Assembly (NCBI GenBank): GCA_050953885.1
Contig: JBMNNJ010000001.1
Location: forward strand, 463,437-527,436
From: Patescibacteria group bacterium
Lineage (GTDB): Bacteria > Patescibacteriota > Microgenomatia > 0-14-0-10-38-17
Direction of reading: 5' to 3'
Length of the DNA: 64,000 bases
The notes beneath the pieces are model-generated. The model searched no databases, was not told where the DNA came from, and was given only the letters and a program-made list of their open reading frames with translations. Each line of letters opens with the position of its first letter. Within the stretch, counting starts at the first letter, position 1. Position numbers and translations under genes: made by a program. Positions 50,947 to 61,290 of the stretch are shown here, in pieces.

Positions 50947-51978
50947 TCATTCATCTTTTTCGTGTATTTTCTCCGCCATTTCCACTAGCCGGCAGGAATA
51001 ACCCCACTCGTTATCATACCAGGCGCCTAAATAAACCAAATCGTCACTTAAAACCTCGGTGTTGGCCGCATCAATAATTGCCGAGACGCTTTCCCCCAAA
51101 ATATCGGTAGAAACTAAAGGCTCATAACTCACCTTTAAAATTCCCCGCAATGGTCCGGCGGCCGCTTCCTCCAGTTTTTGGTTAACCTCATCAACGGTCG
51201 TTTTCCTTTTTGTCTTAAAAACAAAGGTGGAATAAGAACCGCAAACCACCGGCGCGCGCACCGAGAAGGCGGCAAAACGCCCCGCCGCTGGCGGGTAAGC
51301 AGCCACCACCGACTGGGCCGCGCCCGTGCCGGCCGGAATTAAGTTTTGTGCCGCCGCCCGGCCTTCCCGCCAGTCGGAAGAAGAACCATCAACCAGCTGT
51401 TGCGAAGCTGTGTAAGCATGAATGGTGGTCATCACCGCCTCCAAAAAACCAAACTCTTGGTCCATTAATTTCACCACCGGCGCCACGCAGTTGGTAGTGC
51501 AAGAGCCAATAGAAACTAATTTCTCTCCTCGATATTTTTCTTCATTCACCCCTAAAACAAAAGTGGGAATACTCTCATCTTTTGGAGGAGCGGAGATAAT
51601 CGCCTTTTTTGCCCCGCCTTTAAAATGCCCTTCTGCTTGCCGGTCGCGAAAAACACCAGTGCATTCCAAAACTATTTCCACCCCATAATCGCGCCAAGGG
51701 ATTCTCGCCGGCTCTTTTATCGCCAAAACCGGATACTCCTCCTCATCAATCATGATCCGGCCAATTTCCGAGGCCATTTTTGGCGGTAAAACAACTATTT
51801 TATGGTTAAAACGACCATAAACGGTGTCGTATTTTAGAAAATGAGCCCAGCCGGCAGTATCCATTGAACCGGAGGTGTTAATCGCCGTCACCCGCATCCG
51901 ATTATGGTAGTTTTCAATAATGGTTCGTAAGGTCACCCGGCCAATCCGGCCAAAACCATTAATAGCAAGATTTAGCAT
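50947..51978 (-). CDS. gap: Glyceraldehyde-3-phosphate dehydrogenase
   Basis: The motifs are INGFGRIGR and SCTTNC. Confidence 0.9.
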   Translation of the reverse strand: MLNLAINGFGRIGRVTLRTIIENYHNRMRVTAINTSGSMDTAGWAHFLKYDTVYGRFNHKIVVLPPKMASEIGRIMIDEEEYPVLAIKEPARIPWRDYGVEIVLECTGVFRDRQAEGHFKGGAKKAIISAPPKDESIPTFVLGVNEEKYRGEKLVSIGSCTTNCVAPVVKLMDQEFGFLEAVMTTIHAYTASQQLVDGSSSDWREGRAAAQNLIPAGTGAAQSVVAAYPPAAGRFAAFSVRAPVVCGSYSTFVFKTKRKTTVDEVNQKLEEAAAGPLRGILKVSYEPLVSTDILGESVSAIIDAANTEVLSDDLVYLGAWYDNEWGYSCRLVEMAEKIHEKDE

Positions 51979-52149
51979 TACTTAATCATTAAATCATGAA
52001 ATCATTAAATCATTAAATCAAAAGAGCAAAAAACAGTTAAAAATTACTAAAATTGTATTTTTTTAAACACGCGAATTGACGCGAATGAGAACGAAAAAAA
52101 CAATTCAAATATCAAATATCAAAGCGCAAAACCAAGTTCAAAGACCAAA

Positions 52150-52440
52150 ACTACAAATTAAAACTCAAAATGCAAATGGCAAATACAATTCTGTAGGGGC
52201 GGACCCATGTGTCCGCCCGTCAAAGGGTCCGTCCCTACCTTATTTAAAACCATTAATCGGGTCGACACATGGGTCGACCCCTACAAATTCCCTTGCGTTT
52301 TGCGATTTAACATTTGAGTTTATCTTTTGTTTTTGAGCTTTGATTTAGGTTCTAATCTTTGCATTTTGCGCTTTGCACTTTTTTATTACGGATTACTGAT
52401 TTTTAACTTTTAACTTTATCTTATCGTGTTTCTTTGTATC
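52150..52440. repeat. Long composite element containing type-4 copy 6
   Basis: Type-4 occupies 52194-52289 with the variable core CCCTACCT. The composite is nearly identical to 29500-29800. Confidence 0.8.
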
Positions 52441-52448
52441 TTAGTATC

Positions 52449-53546
52449 TTAGTATCGTGTTTTCTCCAACGCTTCTATCCCCGGCAAAGTTCCTTTGGCT
52501 AAATAAGCCAGCATCGCTCCCCCCCCGGCGCTAATATAGTCTATCCTATCAGTTAGCCCCAACTTCGTCAAGGCCGCTTCGGTGTCGCCGCCACCGGCTA
52601 AAACAAACGCCTCGCCGCTAAGCGCCGCTTCAAAAAGCGTCCTTGTCCCTTCAAAAAACCCTTTCGTGGTGTTACTCACCGGCCCGGCAAAAATCACCGT
52701 GCCCGCTTTTCTAATCTCCTCTTTAAATTGCTTAATCGTTTTTTCATCTAAATCTTGTTCGTCTTCTCTTAGCTTTCCAAAAACAATCTTTTTCAACCCC
52801 TCCGCTCCCAACTTTTGATTTTTAGCTTTTAACTTTGGGTTATTAACCAATTGCCCTCCCACCAAAACCTTATCCACCCACGAGGCCATTTCTTTGGCCG
52901 CCTCAATCTTATCTTCCTTAACGCCACCTACCACCAAAACCACCGGTCGTTGGGGCGAAAAACGAACTCTTCTTAAAATTTCTTCTTCTTGGCAAAAACG
53001 AAAACCAACCGCCGCCGGCAATAATTTAGGAAGGCCAACAATCGAAGCATGAGCACGATGGGAGCAAGAAAAAGCTTCGTTTAAATAAAAATCACCCAGT
53101 CTTGCCAGCCTTTTGGCAAAAACGGGATCGTTTTCTTCTTCTCCCGGATAAAAACGCAGATTCTCCAAAACCAAGATTTCTCCTTTACCCAACCCCCGGA
53201 TGGCCGTTTGGGGCTGGCGGCCTAAAGCCCGCGGACAAAATTTTACTTTTTTCTTATAACCGGCCAACCCAAAAGCAAGCTCATTAAGTTTTTGAGCCAC
53301 CGGCGCTAAGCTTAACTCTTCTTCTACCTTACCGCCGGGATCACCCAGATGAGAAAGTAAAATAATCCTTGCCCCGGCATCCAAAAGAAACTTAAGCGTT
53401 TCCATGGAAAAACGAATTCGGCTATCATCAACCACCACTATCTTTTCCCCCTCTTTTTCCAAGGGCACATTATAATCGACCCGCACCAAAACGCGCCGGC
53501 CGGAAAAATTAACAAGAGGATAATTGGTTAATTTAGGGAAAGACAC
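52449..53546 (-). CDS. pgk: Phosphoglycerate kinase
   Basis: It has an N-terminal RVDYNVP motif, the hinge, and a C-terminal GGGD/GGGA nucleotide-binding region. Confidence 0.9.
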   Translation of the reverse strand: MSFPKLTNYPLVNFSGRRVLVRVDYNVPLEKEGEKIVVVDDSRIRFSMETLKFLLDAGARIILLSHLGDPGGKVEEELSLAPVAQKLNELAFGLAGYKKKVKFCPRALGRQPQTAIRGLGKGEILVLENLRFYPGEEENDPVFAKRLARLGDFYLNEAFSCSHRAHASIVGLPKLLPAAVGFRFCQEEEILRRVRFSPQRPVVLVVGGVKEDKIEAAKEMASWVDKVLVGGQLVNNPKLKAKNQKLGAEGLKKIVFGKLREDEQDLDEKTIKQFKEEIRKAGTVIFAGPVSNTTKGFFEGTRTLFEAALSGEAFVLAGGGDTEAALTKLGLTDRIDYISAGGGAMLAYLAKGTLPGIEALEKTRY

Positions 53547-53589
53547 GATAATAATTCAAAATTCAAAAGTTAAAAGTCAAAATTAAAAG

Positions 53590-53790
53590 ATAAAAGCATC
53601 AATTAAATCCCAAAACGCAAATGGCAAACCTGCCTGCCGGCAAGGCAGGTCTACATGGCAAATGTTAAAACTTTTTAAAGCCTAAAGTTGTTTTTTTAGA
53701 TTTGAGTTTTGAGTTGTCGTTTTGAGTTTTGCGATTTAACATTTGAGTTTATCTTTTGTTTTTGAACTTTGCTTTAGGTTTTGATTTTTG
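53590..53790. repeat. Type-2 word hairpin with the palindrome cctgcctgccggcaaggcaggt
   Basis: The arms are caaaacgcaaatggcaaa...ctacatggcaaatgttaaaac and gttttgagttttgcgatttaacatttgagttt. Confidence 0.7.
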
Positions 53791-53828
53791 ATATTTGCGC
53801 TTTGCGCTTTTTTATTGCCCGTTACGAG

Positions 53829-54269
53829 TTACGCGTTACGCATTACCAATTTTTCTATCCTTCTCCTGTGGCTCTCTTTTTCGTCAAATTCTGTTTCTAA
53901 AAAAACTTTTACCAGCTCTTGTGCTTCTTCAAAATTTAAAAAATCAGCCGGCAGGGAAAGACAATTAATATTATCATTTTTTCGGCCGTGCTTCACTTGG
54001 TTTTTGTTAAAGCCTAGGCCGCAACGAAGATGAGGAAAACGGTTAGCCGCTATCGCCATTCCTATTCCCGAACCGCAAAATAAAATTCCCCGATCAGACG
54101 GCTTCTTCATTTCTTGAGCTATTTTCAGGGCAAAATCAGGATAGTCATCATCCGGGTCAAAATGGTGATTACCCATATCCTTAACTTGATAACCTTCTTT
54201 GACAAGCCAAAACTTAATCTGTTCCTTAAGATTAAAACCCCGATGATCAGCGGCAAGATAAAGAAACAT
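53829..54269 (-). CDS. rpiB: Ribose-5-phosphate isomerase B
   Basis: The motifs are ADHRGF and GILFCGSGIGM. Confidence 0.85.
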   Translation of the reverse strand: MFLYLAADHRGFNLKEQIKFWLVKEGYQVKDMGNHHFDPDDDYPDFALKIAQEMKKPSDRGILFCGSGIGMAIAANRFPHLRCGLGFNKNQVKHGRKNDNINCLSLPADFLNFEEAQELVKVFLETEFDEKESHRRRIEKLVMRNA

Positions 54270-54364
54270 AATAGTATTTTGTATATTGTCTTAAGTATTA
54301 GGTATAAATATAAGTTCAAAATGCAAAGAGTAAAAATCAAAACCTAAATCAAAGTTCAAAAACA

Positions 54365-54520
54365 AAAGATAAACTCAAATGTTAAATCGCAAAACTCAAA
54401 ACTACAACTCAAAACTCAAATCTAAAAAACAACTTTAGGCTTTAAAAAGTTTTAACATTTGCCATGTAGTTTTGCCATTTGACATTTGAGCTTTGAGTTT
54501 TTTATACTTAATACTTAATA
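54365..54520. repeat. Type-2 word hairpin (inverted orientation)
   Basis: The sequence is aaactcaaatgttaaatcgcaaaactcaaaactacaactcaaaactcaaatct...gttttaacatttgccatgtagttttgccatttgacatttgag. Confidence 0.7.
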
Positions 54521-54587
54521 CCAAATACCAAATACAATTTTCTTTTCTCGTTCGTGTTTTTTAGCAATATAGCAACTTATCGGTTAT

Positions 54588-55262
54588 TTACCTTTTCTCC
54601 CCCACCACTAACTCTTTCAACTTTTTCTCCGGATTTTTTGCCAAAACCACGGCCGAGGAAACCAACACTCCGGCCGCTCCCAATTTTTTGGCCAAAAGAA
54701 CATCCTGAGCACTATTCACCCCTGCCCCCACAACGAGGGGAATCCCCTTCTGACGGCAAATTCTTTTTGCCTTACGAATAACTCCCGGCTGGGCTTGGCT
54801 TACGGAAACCTCCCCGCCAATAAGCTCGGGTGGTTCATAAGCCAAAAAATCAGGTTTCAAAAAAACTCTTTTTTCAAGCTGGCCTAAAGTGCGCGCGCAA
54901 ACCATCACCTGAAAGTTTTTATCTAACTCTCGCACCCGCTTAATCGTGCGCTTAATTATTCCCGGCGGCAACTGGTGTTCACTATGGCCCAAAAGGGTGC
55001 CTGAAGCGCCGGCGGCTAAAACGGCCTCCGGACTAATCCAGCCCGTATGGGCGCCGGCCTCAAACCAATCAAGATGCTGGGTCCAAAACAAATCCCCTGC
55101 TTCTTTTTTAACCCGATAAAGATCCGCCGCCTGAACAAGAGGAATAATTGTCTGGCCCGTTTGCCTGCCTACTTTAAAACAAATTTTAGCCAAAGCCGCC
55201 GCCTTCTCTCCCGTTGCCTGCGGATAAGTTTTAAAGTTAACAAAAAAAGTAAATTGCTCCAT
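54588..55262 (-). CDS. tpiA: Triosephosphate isomerase
   Basis: The motifs are NFKTY and AHTGWISPEAVLAAGASGTLLGHSEHQ. The start is at the internal Met at 55262, since the longer ORF runs through the linker repeat. Confidence 0.8.
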   Translation of the reverse strand: MEQFTFFVNFKTYPQATGEKAAALAKICFKVGRQTGQTIIPLVQAADLYRVKKEAGDLFWTQHLDWFEAGAHTGWISPEAVLAAGASGTLLGHSEHQLPPGIIKRTIKRVRELDKNFQVMVCARTLGQLEKRVFLKPDFLAYEPPELIGGEVSVSQAQPGVIRKAKRICRQKGIPLVVGAGVNSAQDVLLAKKLGAAGVLVSSAVVLAKNPEKKLKELVVGEKR

Positions 55263-55329
55263 GGCTACATTGTTAAAAGACACGAACAAACGAACGGGAA
55301 GCGAAAATTGTATTTTGTATAAAGTATTA

Positions 55330-55500
55330 AGTATAAAAAACTCAAAACTCAAATGGCAAATGTCAAATCTACATGGCAAATGTTAAAACTTTTTAAAGCT
55401 TAAAATTGTTTTTTAAGATTTGAGTTTTGAGTTGTAGTTTTGAGTTTTGCGATTTGAGATTTGAGTTTTAACGTGTAGATTTGCCATTTAAGTTTTGAGA
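55330..55500. repeat. Type-2 word hairpin
   Basis: It uses the same word set, with the loop aaactttttaaagcttaaaattgttttttaag. Confidence 0.7.
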
Positions 55501-55520
55501 TTTAATTTTAAGCTTGTCTA

Positions 55521-55832
55521 TTATTCCCACCCCAGCCTTTTTCTCCCTTTTGCCGTCATTTTTTCCGGGCTCCAAGGTGGTTCGAAAGTTAAATTCACCA
55601 CCACCTCTTCCACCCCCTCAAGAGAAGCCACTTTTTCCTTCACCTCGTCAGCTAAACTAGCCATAAAGGGACATCCCGGCGCCGTCAGCGTCATTAAAAT
55701 CTTTACCCGGGCACCTTTTTCTCCTGAAGTTGCTTGAAGTTGATAAATTAAGCCTAAATCAACGATGCTTATCCCCAATTCCGGATCCAACACTTCTTCC
55801 AGCGCTTGATAAATTTTCTTTTCACTGATCAT
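55521..55832 (-). CDS. DUF59/MIP18 (SufT-like) Fe-S assembly protein
   Basis: It matches VLDPELGISIVDLGLIY...APGCP. Confidence 0.7.
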   Translation of the reverse strand: MISEKKIYQALEEVLDPELGISIVDLGLIYQLQATSGEKGARVKILMTLTAPGCPFMASLADEVKEKVASLEGVEEVVVNLTFEPPWSPEKMTAKGRKRLGWE

Positions 55833-56145
55833 TTTTCACCAAAGCCTCCACTTCTTCTTTAAAGCGATCTTTATCTTGAACGCCAATCCACTCCTTTAAA
55901 GCCTTTCCATTTTTAAACAAAACGAGAGTGGGAATACTCATCACCCCATACCGGCTGGCCAAACCAGAATTCTCATCTACATTAACCTTACCCACTTTTA
56001 TTTCCCCCTGCCATTCTTTTTCTAACTCCTCCAGCACCGGCGCCATCATCAAACACGGCCCACACCATGGCGCCCAAAAATCAACCAGCACCGGCAAAGT
56101 TTGCTCTTCCACCTCTTGTTTAAAGTTCCCCTCGTTAATTTCCAT
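55822..56145 (-). CDS. trxA: Thioredoxin
   Basis: The active-site motif is WAPWCGPC. Confidence 0.9.
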   Translation of the reverse strand: MEINEGNFKQEVEEQTLPVLVDFWAPWCGPCLMMAPVLEELEKEWQGEIKVGKVNVDENSGLASRYGVMSIPTLVLFKNGKALKEWIGVQDKDRFKEEVEALVKNDQ

Positions 56146-56210
56146 TTGACTTTTTTAAAAATTTCAACTATCCTTATTTTAACTTGTCTTAAAAAATTTA
56201 GCAAGGAGAA

Positions 56211-57095
56211 ATGGCAAGAGTTAAAAAAGGAGTTATCGCCGCCGCCGGCCGGGGAACCCGCTTTCTGCCGGTTACCAAAGCCTACCCTAAAGAGCTTGTC
56301 CCCATTTTGGAAAAGCCCAACATTCAGTATTTAGTGGAAGAACTTTTGGCCGCCGGTGTTAATGAAATTGCCATTATTCACCGCCATGCCGATCCGGCCT
56401 TAAAACAATATTTTACCCCCGATAAAGAGCTGGAGAAGTTTTTAAAAGAAAATAGTAAAGAAGCATTTTTGGAAAGTCTTAAAAGAATTTGGCAAAAAGC
56501 CAAAGCGCTCCGCTTTATCCCCCAACCACAACATCTTCCCTACGGCAATGCCTCTCCAGTTTTAGCAGCCAAAAATTTTCTTAAAAACGATCCGTTTGTT
56601 TTTATGTTTGGCGACGATCTTTTAATTGAAAAAAAGACCGGCCAATATCTTAAAAAATTAATCTCCTACTACGAAAAATATCAGCCGGCAATTATCTTGG
56701 GCGCCCAAGAAGTTAGCCGCGAGGAAATTAGCCGCTACGCGAGCATTAAATATCAAGATGACCCCCGCTATCCCTACCGAGCCAGCGCTGTTTTGGAAAA
56801 ACTGCCTGCCGAAAAAGCGCCCTCGCTGGTGGCTCAATTTGGCCGGTTTGTGGTTTCTCCCGAAATTTTTCCGGTTTTGGCCGCGCAAGAGCTTTCCCGC
56901 GACAACGAGCTCTGGTTTGCCGACGCGGTAAATACCTTGGCGAAAACCAAAGTGGCCTTGGCCGTCCCCTTAACGGACGCCACTTGGATGACTACCGGTG
57001 ATCCCCTGCGTTGGCTGGAGACTAATCTTGTCGTCGGACTTTCTCATCCCCAAATTGGCCCGGAATTAAAAAAGTTTCTTCGCAAAAATCTTTAA
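56211..57095 (+). CDS. galU: UTP--glucose-1-phosphate uridylyltransferase-like nucleotidyltransferase
   Basis: The motif is KGVIAAAGRGTRFLPVTKAYPKELVPI. Confidence 0.75.
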   Translation: MARVKKGVIAAAGRGTRFLPVTKAYPKELVPILEKPNIQYLVEELLAAGVNEIAIIHRHADPALKQYFTPDKELEKFLKENSKEAFLESLKRIWQKAKALRFIPQPQHLPYGNASPVLAAKNFLKNDPFVFMFGDDLLIEKKTGQYLKKLISYYEKYQPAIILGAQEVSREEISRYASIKYQDDPRYPYRASAVLEKLPAEKAPSLVAQFGRFVVSPEIFPVLAAQELSRDNELWFADAVNTLAKTKVALAVPLTDATWMTTGDPLRWLETNLVVGLSHPQIGPELKKFLRKNL

Positions 57096-57652
57096 GAAGA
57101 AAACCTTAGCTTTTCTTCTTTAACCAAAAAATAATCAGCCCCTTTTTTTGAAAGCCGGCTTTCAAAAAGGCCAAGTGAAGAAATTGAAAATTCCCCGGTA
57201 GTCACTTTTGGCAAATTTCTTTTAAAAATTTTTTCTTTTTTGGAAAAACGCGTGAGGGTAATGTGAGGCAAAAAGGGCTTTTGATCAAAACCAATATTTC
57301 TTGCCAAAAACTCCTCGCCTAATCTTTGGCGAAAAGAAAAAAGCCTTTCTTCATCCCTGCCGCCAACTTTCACCCAAATTCCCCGCGGCCGGCTGCAACT
57401 AGGGAAAAAAGAAAGATCGGCAAAAGAAAAGGTAAAGGGCTTTTCCTCTAAAGCCACTTTGGAAAAAGCTTCTTTAATTTTTCCCTCCTCTTGACTTGAT
57501 GCTTGGCCGAAGAAAAAAAGCGTTAGATGAAGATTCTCCTTCGCTTGCGGTCGGCCGGGAAGTTTTTGAAAAAGCGAGGAAAGAAAGGAAAGCGCTTCCT
57601 CCGGCAAAAGAAGAGCCAAAAAAAGCCGCTTATTTTTAATCTTCCCCGCCAT
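57092..57652 (-). CDS. thpR: RNA 2',3'-cyclic phosphodiesterase (2H family, ThpR/LigT)
   Basis: It has two H-x-T-x motifs, HLTL and HITL. Confidence 0.75.
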   Translation of the reverse strand: MAGKIKNKRLFLALLLPEEALSFLSSLFQKLPGRPQAKENLHLTLFFFGQASSQEEGKIKEAFSKVALEEKPFTFSFADLSFFPSCSRPRGIWVKVGGRDEERLFSFRQRLGEEFLARNIGFDQKPFLPHITLTRFSKKEKIFKRNLPKVTTGEFSISSLGLFESRLSKKGADYFLVKEEKLRFSS

Positions 57653-57653
57653 T

Positions 57654-58562
57654 TTAAAAAATAAAATTAACCTTCTTCCCTCTTGCCTTGGGAGAATATT
57701 GCAAAACTAGCTGTTTTGCCTTTTCTTTCCCCTCTTTATTAATCTTGCCACCAAAAGGTCGCCCCAAAACCGTTGGCCCGGGAATTTCAGCTAACTCTAT
57801 TAAATAGTCGCCTTTCCCCACTAATTTTTTAAGTCTTTCGTTTTCCTCCTCGTTTCTACCAACCACAAACAAAACTTCATTATCCCAAAAATGGCGGCCT
57901 AATTTTAGGAGAGCCAGATCAGAAGCAGTTGGCCGGGGGTTAACGGTAAGAAGATTTTTTAGCCTTTGGGAAAAGTTTGGGTCGGTTAGCAAACAGCCGC
58001 CGGCCGGTGTTTGGTAATTCTTAAGGCCCCAAATTTTACTCAATCTTAGCTGTTCTTTTCTTTGCTTCCCCTTAATTGAATAAAGCTTATTTTTTAAAAT
58101 TAACCCCTTTTTCTCCGGCCAACTGGGCGGTAAAAGTTTGGCCGAAAGGGGCCGCAAAACCAATCCCTCCACCCCCGCCTCTTTCTCAATTAATTTTAGT
58201 GCCGCCAAACTTTGGGAAAAAGGCCGCTGACCTAAAACCTCACCGGTTACCAAAAAAGAAGCCCCCTCTTCTTCCATTATTTCTTTCGCCTTTTTTAACA
58301 TCAGCGCATGGCAATCCCGACAGGGATTAAGCCCCGCCCCAAAACCATAATGGGGGGAAAAGACCAACGCCAGTTGCTCTTGGGAGATATCAACTATTTT
58401 TAAAGGAATTCCTAATTCCGCCGCTTGTTTTTTGGTAATGCTTGAAGGATCAAAAAAGTAACTTTTAAAAGAAACCCCTATTAACTCAACCTTTTCCTCC
58501 TTAACAATTTTTGCCGCCAAAAGGCTGTCCAACCCGCCGGAGAGCAAAACCACCGCCTTCAT
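57654..58562 (-). CDS. ThiI-like PP-loop ATPase (tRNA thiolation), short form without a THUMP domain
   Basis: The motif SGGLDS is present, and the region NPCRDCHALM...TGEVLGQRPFSQSL resembles the ThiI C-terminal region. Confidence 0.55.
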   Translation of the reverse strand: MKAVVLLSGGLDSLLAAKIVKEEKVELIGVSFKSYFFDPSSITKKQAAELGIPLKIVDISQEQLALVFSPHYGFGAGLNPCRDCHALMLKKAKEIMEEEGASFLVTGEVLGQRPFSQSLAALKLIEKEAGVEGLVLRPLSAKLLPPSWPEKKGLILKNKLYSIKGKQRKEQLRLSKIWGLKNYQTPAGGCLLTDPNFSQRLKNLLTVNPRPTASDLALLKLGRHFWDNEVLFVVGRNEEENERLKKLVGKGDYLIELAEIPGPTVLGRPFGGKINKEGKEKAKQLVLQYSPKARGKKVNFIF

Positions 58563-58709
58563 ATTTATATTATAAACTTTAGGTTACAAACTACCAAAAC
58601 TCTAAAATCTTAAAATCACCAAGCTTGTTTTTCCTGAAATACTACATCGTATCCCATATGGCTGAACCATTGATTAACCCATTAAATTAATCAGTTTTTG
58701 CCCAAAAAA

Positions 58710-60440
58710 TCAAAACCAAAAAAGCGGGCTTTTGAGACGCCGCAAGAATTTTTGGCCGGCAAAATTTAGGGCCGGGTCGGGAGAAGATAAATAATAATTG
58801 GCCAAACCTAAATTCGCTCTATAAGAAGAGGCGTTTACCTCATAAGCTTTTTTGAAAAACCAGAAAGCCTTTTCTTCATCTCCCACTACCTGAAAGAAAT
58901 TAGCCAAAGAGACAAGGTCGCGAGAAGAAGAATTTTCTGCCGCTAATTTATTCTCCTCCAAAACAATGGCGTCTGCCTTTGGTGAAGAGGTAAAAATCAC
59001 CACCGCGTCGTCCAAATAAACTAACTTCCATAAAGGATCGTGATAAAGGCGGTTTAAAAAGGTCTGAAACCAAGGCGTCTGGTCGTGGTGAAAAACAAAA
59101 ACCGCTTCAATCTGCCATTTGGCCACTAATTTTTCCCAAGCCTCTTCGTCGGCTTGTGCCTGACGATACTCCTCCCAAAATTCAACCGGATAAGCTTCGG
59201 GGCGGGAGTCGGTAAAAACCGGCCATTGAGGCCAAAGGTAACCGGCGAAAAAACTGCCGATGTCAAAATTATTAAAAAAATGCGTTCCGGGGGCAAAACG
59301 GGCTTTAAAAAACTCCGCTCCCTCCGCTGCTTTTTTTTCGCCTCCCCAACCAAAGGAAGCTTCTCGGTCATTAATCAGATAATAACGGTTACTCGCATAA
59401 AAAATGGTAAAAAAAGCAAAAATGAAAAAATTAAAAGTAATCAGGGCGGGTTTTAGCTTTTTCCTAAGAACAGGATTGGCCTTGGCCCAAAGGCAAGGTA
59501 AATTCCGACCTAAAACAAAAAAAGAAAAAAGAGCAAAAAACGGAAAATGGCGGATTTGCCAGGCGGCAGCGCCGGCTAACGCCAACCAAACGGCAAAAAG
59601 CAAGCCATTACGGCGAAGAAAAATAAAGGTAGAAAAAACTAAGACAAAGCAAAGTTTAAAAAAGAAAATATTGCGAAAGCCACCAAAGTTTGCCAAGAAA
59701 AAGATTGATTGATTTTCCGCAATTTCATAGCCATAGTTTTCCCAGATCATAAAAGGCGCCAACGCTCCCCTCAAACCATGGGGATTAATAAAGTTTGCCA
59801 AAAGAGCCAAGACTATCGGGATACTTTGCCGCGAGAGCAACTTTCTTCCTCTCCAAAGATAGAAAAGATAGGCCGCCAAAAGAAGATTGCCAAAAACAAA
59901 AGAAAGATGGCAATTAACCCAAAAAGCCTGACAAACCGGCAGAAGATAAAGCCAGCGATTCTTCCCTGCAAGGCTCTTAGCAAAAATCAAAAGATAGAAA
60001 GAAAAAAAGAAAAAGCCAAAAATCTCCGGCCGAACATCGGTTCTTTCCCGAAAAACAAGGAGAGGTAAAATTAGGGCGCTAAAAGATAAAAAGGCGTTTT
60101 CCCTGTTTGCGGTCAGGAAAAAAATTATCCCAAAGGCGGCGGCAAAAAGAAACGTTTTAAGGGTAACCAAAGCCGGGTCCCCTCCTGCCTGATAAAGAAG
60201 ATAAAAAACCACCTCGGCCAGCCAGTGGTGGTTGGCAAAAGGAAAATCGGGAAAGGTATAGGAAAAAAGATTCGTCCGGGGAAGATTATGCTCTTTTAAA
60301 ATTATCTCTCCTAACTTTAAGTGGCGGCCTAAATCCTGACTCCACTCCCGCGTCGTGGTGTGAAAAGAAAGAACAAAAACCAAAATTAAGCTTAAAGATA
60401 GCCAAAAGATTTTTTTCTTGCTCACTTTTTGGGAGACCAA
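58710..60440 (-). CDS. Large polytopic membrane protein with C-terminal TPR repeats (glycosyltransferase-39/PMT-like topology)
   Basis: There are more than 10 TM segments, followed by TPR-like YxxLGxxY periodicity. Confidence 0.4.
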   Translation of the reverse strand: MVSQKVSKKKIFWLSLSLILVFVLSFHTTTREWSQDLGRHLKLGEIILKEHNLPRTNLFSYTFPDFPFANHHWLAEVVFYLLYQAGGDPALVTLKTFLFAAAFGIIFFLTANRENAFLSFSALILPLLVFRERTDVRPEIFGFFFFSFYLLIFAKSLAGKNRWLYLLPVCQAFWVNCHLSFVFGNLLLAAYLFYLWRGRKLLSRQSIPIVLALLANFINPHGLRGALAPFMIWENYGYEIAENQSIFFLANFGGFRNIFFFKLCFVLVFSTFIFLRRNGLLFAVWLALAGAAAWQIRHFPFFALFSFFVLGRNLPCLWAKANPVLRKKLKPALITFNFFIFAFFTIFYASNRYYLINDREASFGWGGEKKAAEGAEFFKARFAPGTHFFNNFDIGSFFAGYLWPQWPVFTDSRPEAYPVEFWEEYRQAQADEEAWEKLVAKWQIEAVFVFHHDQTPWFQTFLNRLYHDPLWKLVYLDDAVVIFTSSPKADAIVLEENKLAAENSSSRDLVSLANFFQVVGDEEKAFWFFKKAYEVNASSYRANLGLANYYLSSPDPALNFAGQKFLRRLKSPLFWF

Positions 60441-61201
60441 AATATCCCCAAGGGGACTCTTTCGCCGGGGGTTGCTAGAAACTTAAGAAGAGAAGCCTGA
60501 TCTTGGGGTAATTCTTCCGGGTAATAAATTCTTTCTTTAAAATAGTCCAAATTATAATCGTCTGACCAAACCAGACAGGGCATAATTATTTCCACCAACG
60601 AAAAGCCCTGATATTTAATCGCTGCTTTAATCATCGTTGTTGTTTGGGAAAAATCAAAAGCAAAAGCGCGGGCCAAAAAAGCCTTGGGCGAGGCGGCGGC
60701 GGTTAAAAGAAGAGGATTAAGCGGGGGATAAACGTTTCCTTCGGGGGTGGATTTGGTGGCCAAACCAACAGGCGTGGCTGCGGAGGTTTGGCCGGCGGTA
60801 AGAGCAAAAACTAAATTATTATGTAATAAAACGGTAATGTTGTCGTTTCTTTGAGCGGCATGAATTAAGTGGTTGGCGCCTTCGTTTAAAAGTCCGCCGT
60901 CACCGGCTTGAGCAATAACTGTTAACTTGGGATTGGCTAATTTTGCCCCCACCGCCACCGGCACCGATCGGCCATGAAGCGTGGCAAAACCGCAAACGCG
61001 CAAAAGGTTAACCATATTTCCCCCACAACCAATATCATAGGTAACCACCGCATCTTTTGGAGCAATTTCAAGCTCCGCTAAGGCCTGTTTCAGGCTTTGC
61101 AAAACCCCAAAATTCCCGCACCCCGGGCACCAAGTGGACGGTTGGTTGGTAGAATATTGGTTAATATCCACGTTAATATGCACAAAACAATTACTGTTCA
61201 C
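60422..61201 (-). CDS. 2-oxoacid:ferredoxin oxidoreductase, beta (TPP-binding) subunit
   Basis: The motif is CPGCGNFGV...GDG. Confidence 0.8.
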   Translation of the reverse strand: MNSNCFVHINVDINQYSTNQPSTWCPGCGNFGVLQSLKQALAELEIAPKDAVVTYDIGCGGNMVNLLRVCGFATLHGRSVPVAVGAKLANPKLTVIAQAGDGGLLNEGANHLIHAAQRNDNITVLLHNNLVFALTAGQTSAATPVGLATKSTPEGNVYPPLNPLLLTAAASPKAFLARAFAFDFSQTTTMIKAAIKYQGFSLVEIIMPCLVWSDDYNLDYFKERIYYPEELPQDQASLLKFLATPGERVPLGIFWSPKK

Positions 61202-61209
61202 TAACTCTC

Positions 61210-61290
61210 AAGACAAAAATTAAGTCAAAAGTTAAAAGTTTTTTACTTTACTTTTTAATTTTAACTTGTACTTTTGACTTTTAAATTTTA
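61210..61290. repeat. Type-1 word hairpin between the two ferredoxin oxidoreductase subunit genes
   Basis: The sequence is caaaagttaaaagttttttactttactttttaattttaacttgtacttttgacttttaaattttaacttttg. Confidence 0.7.
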
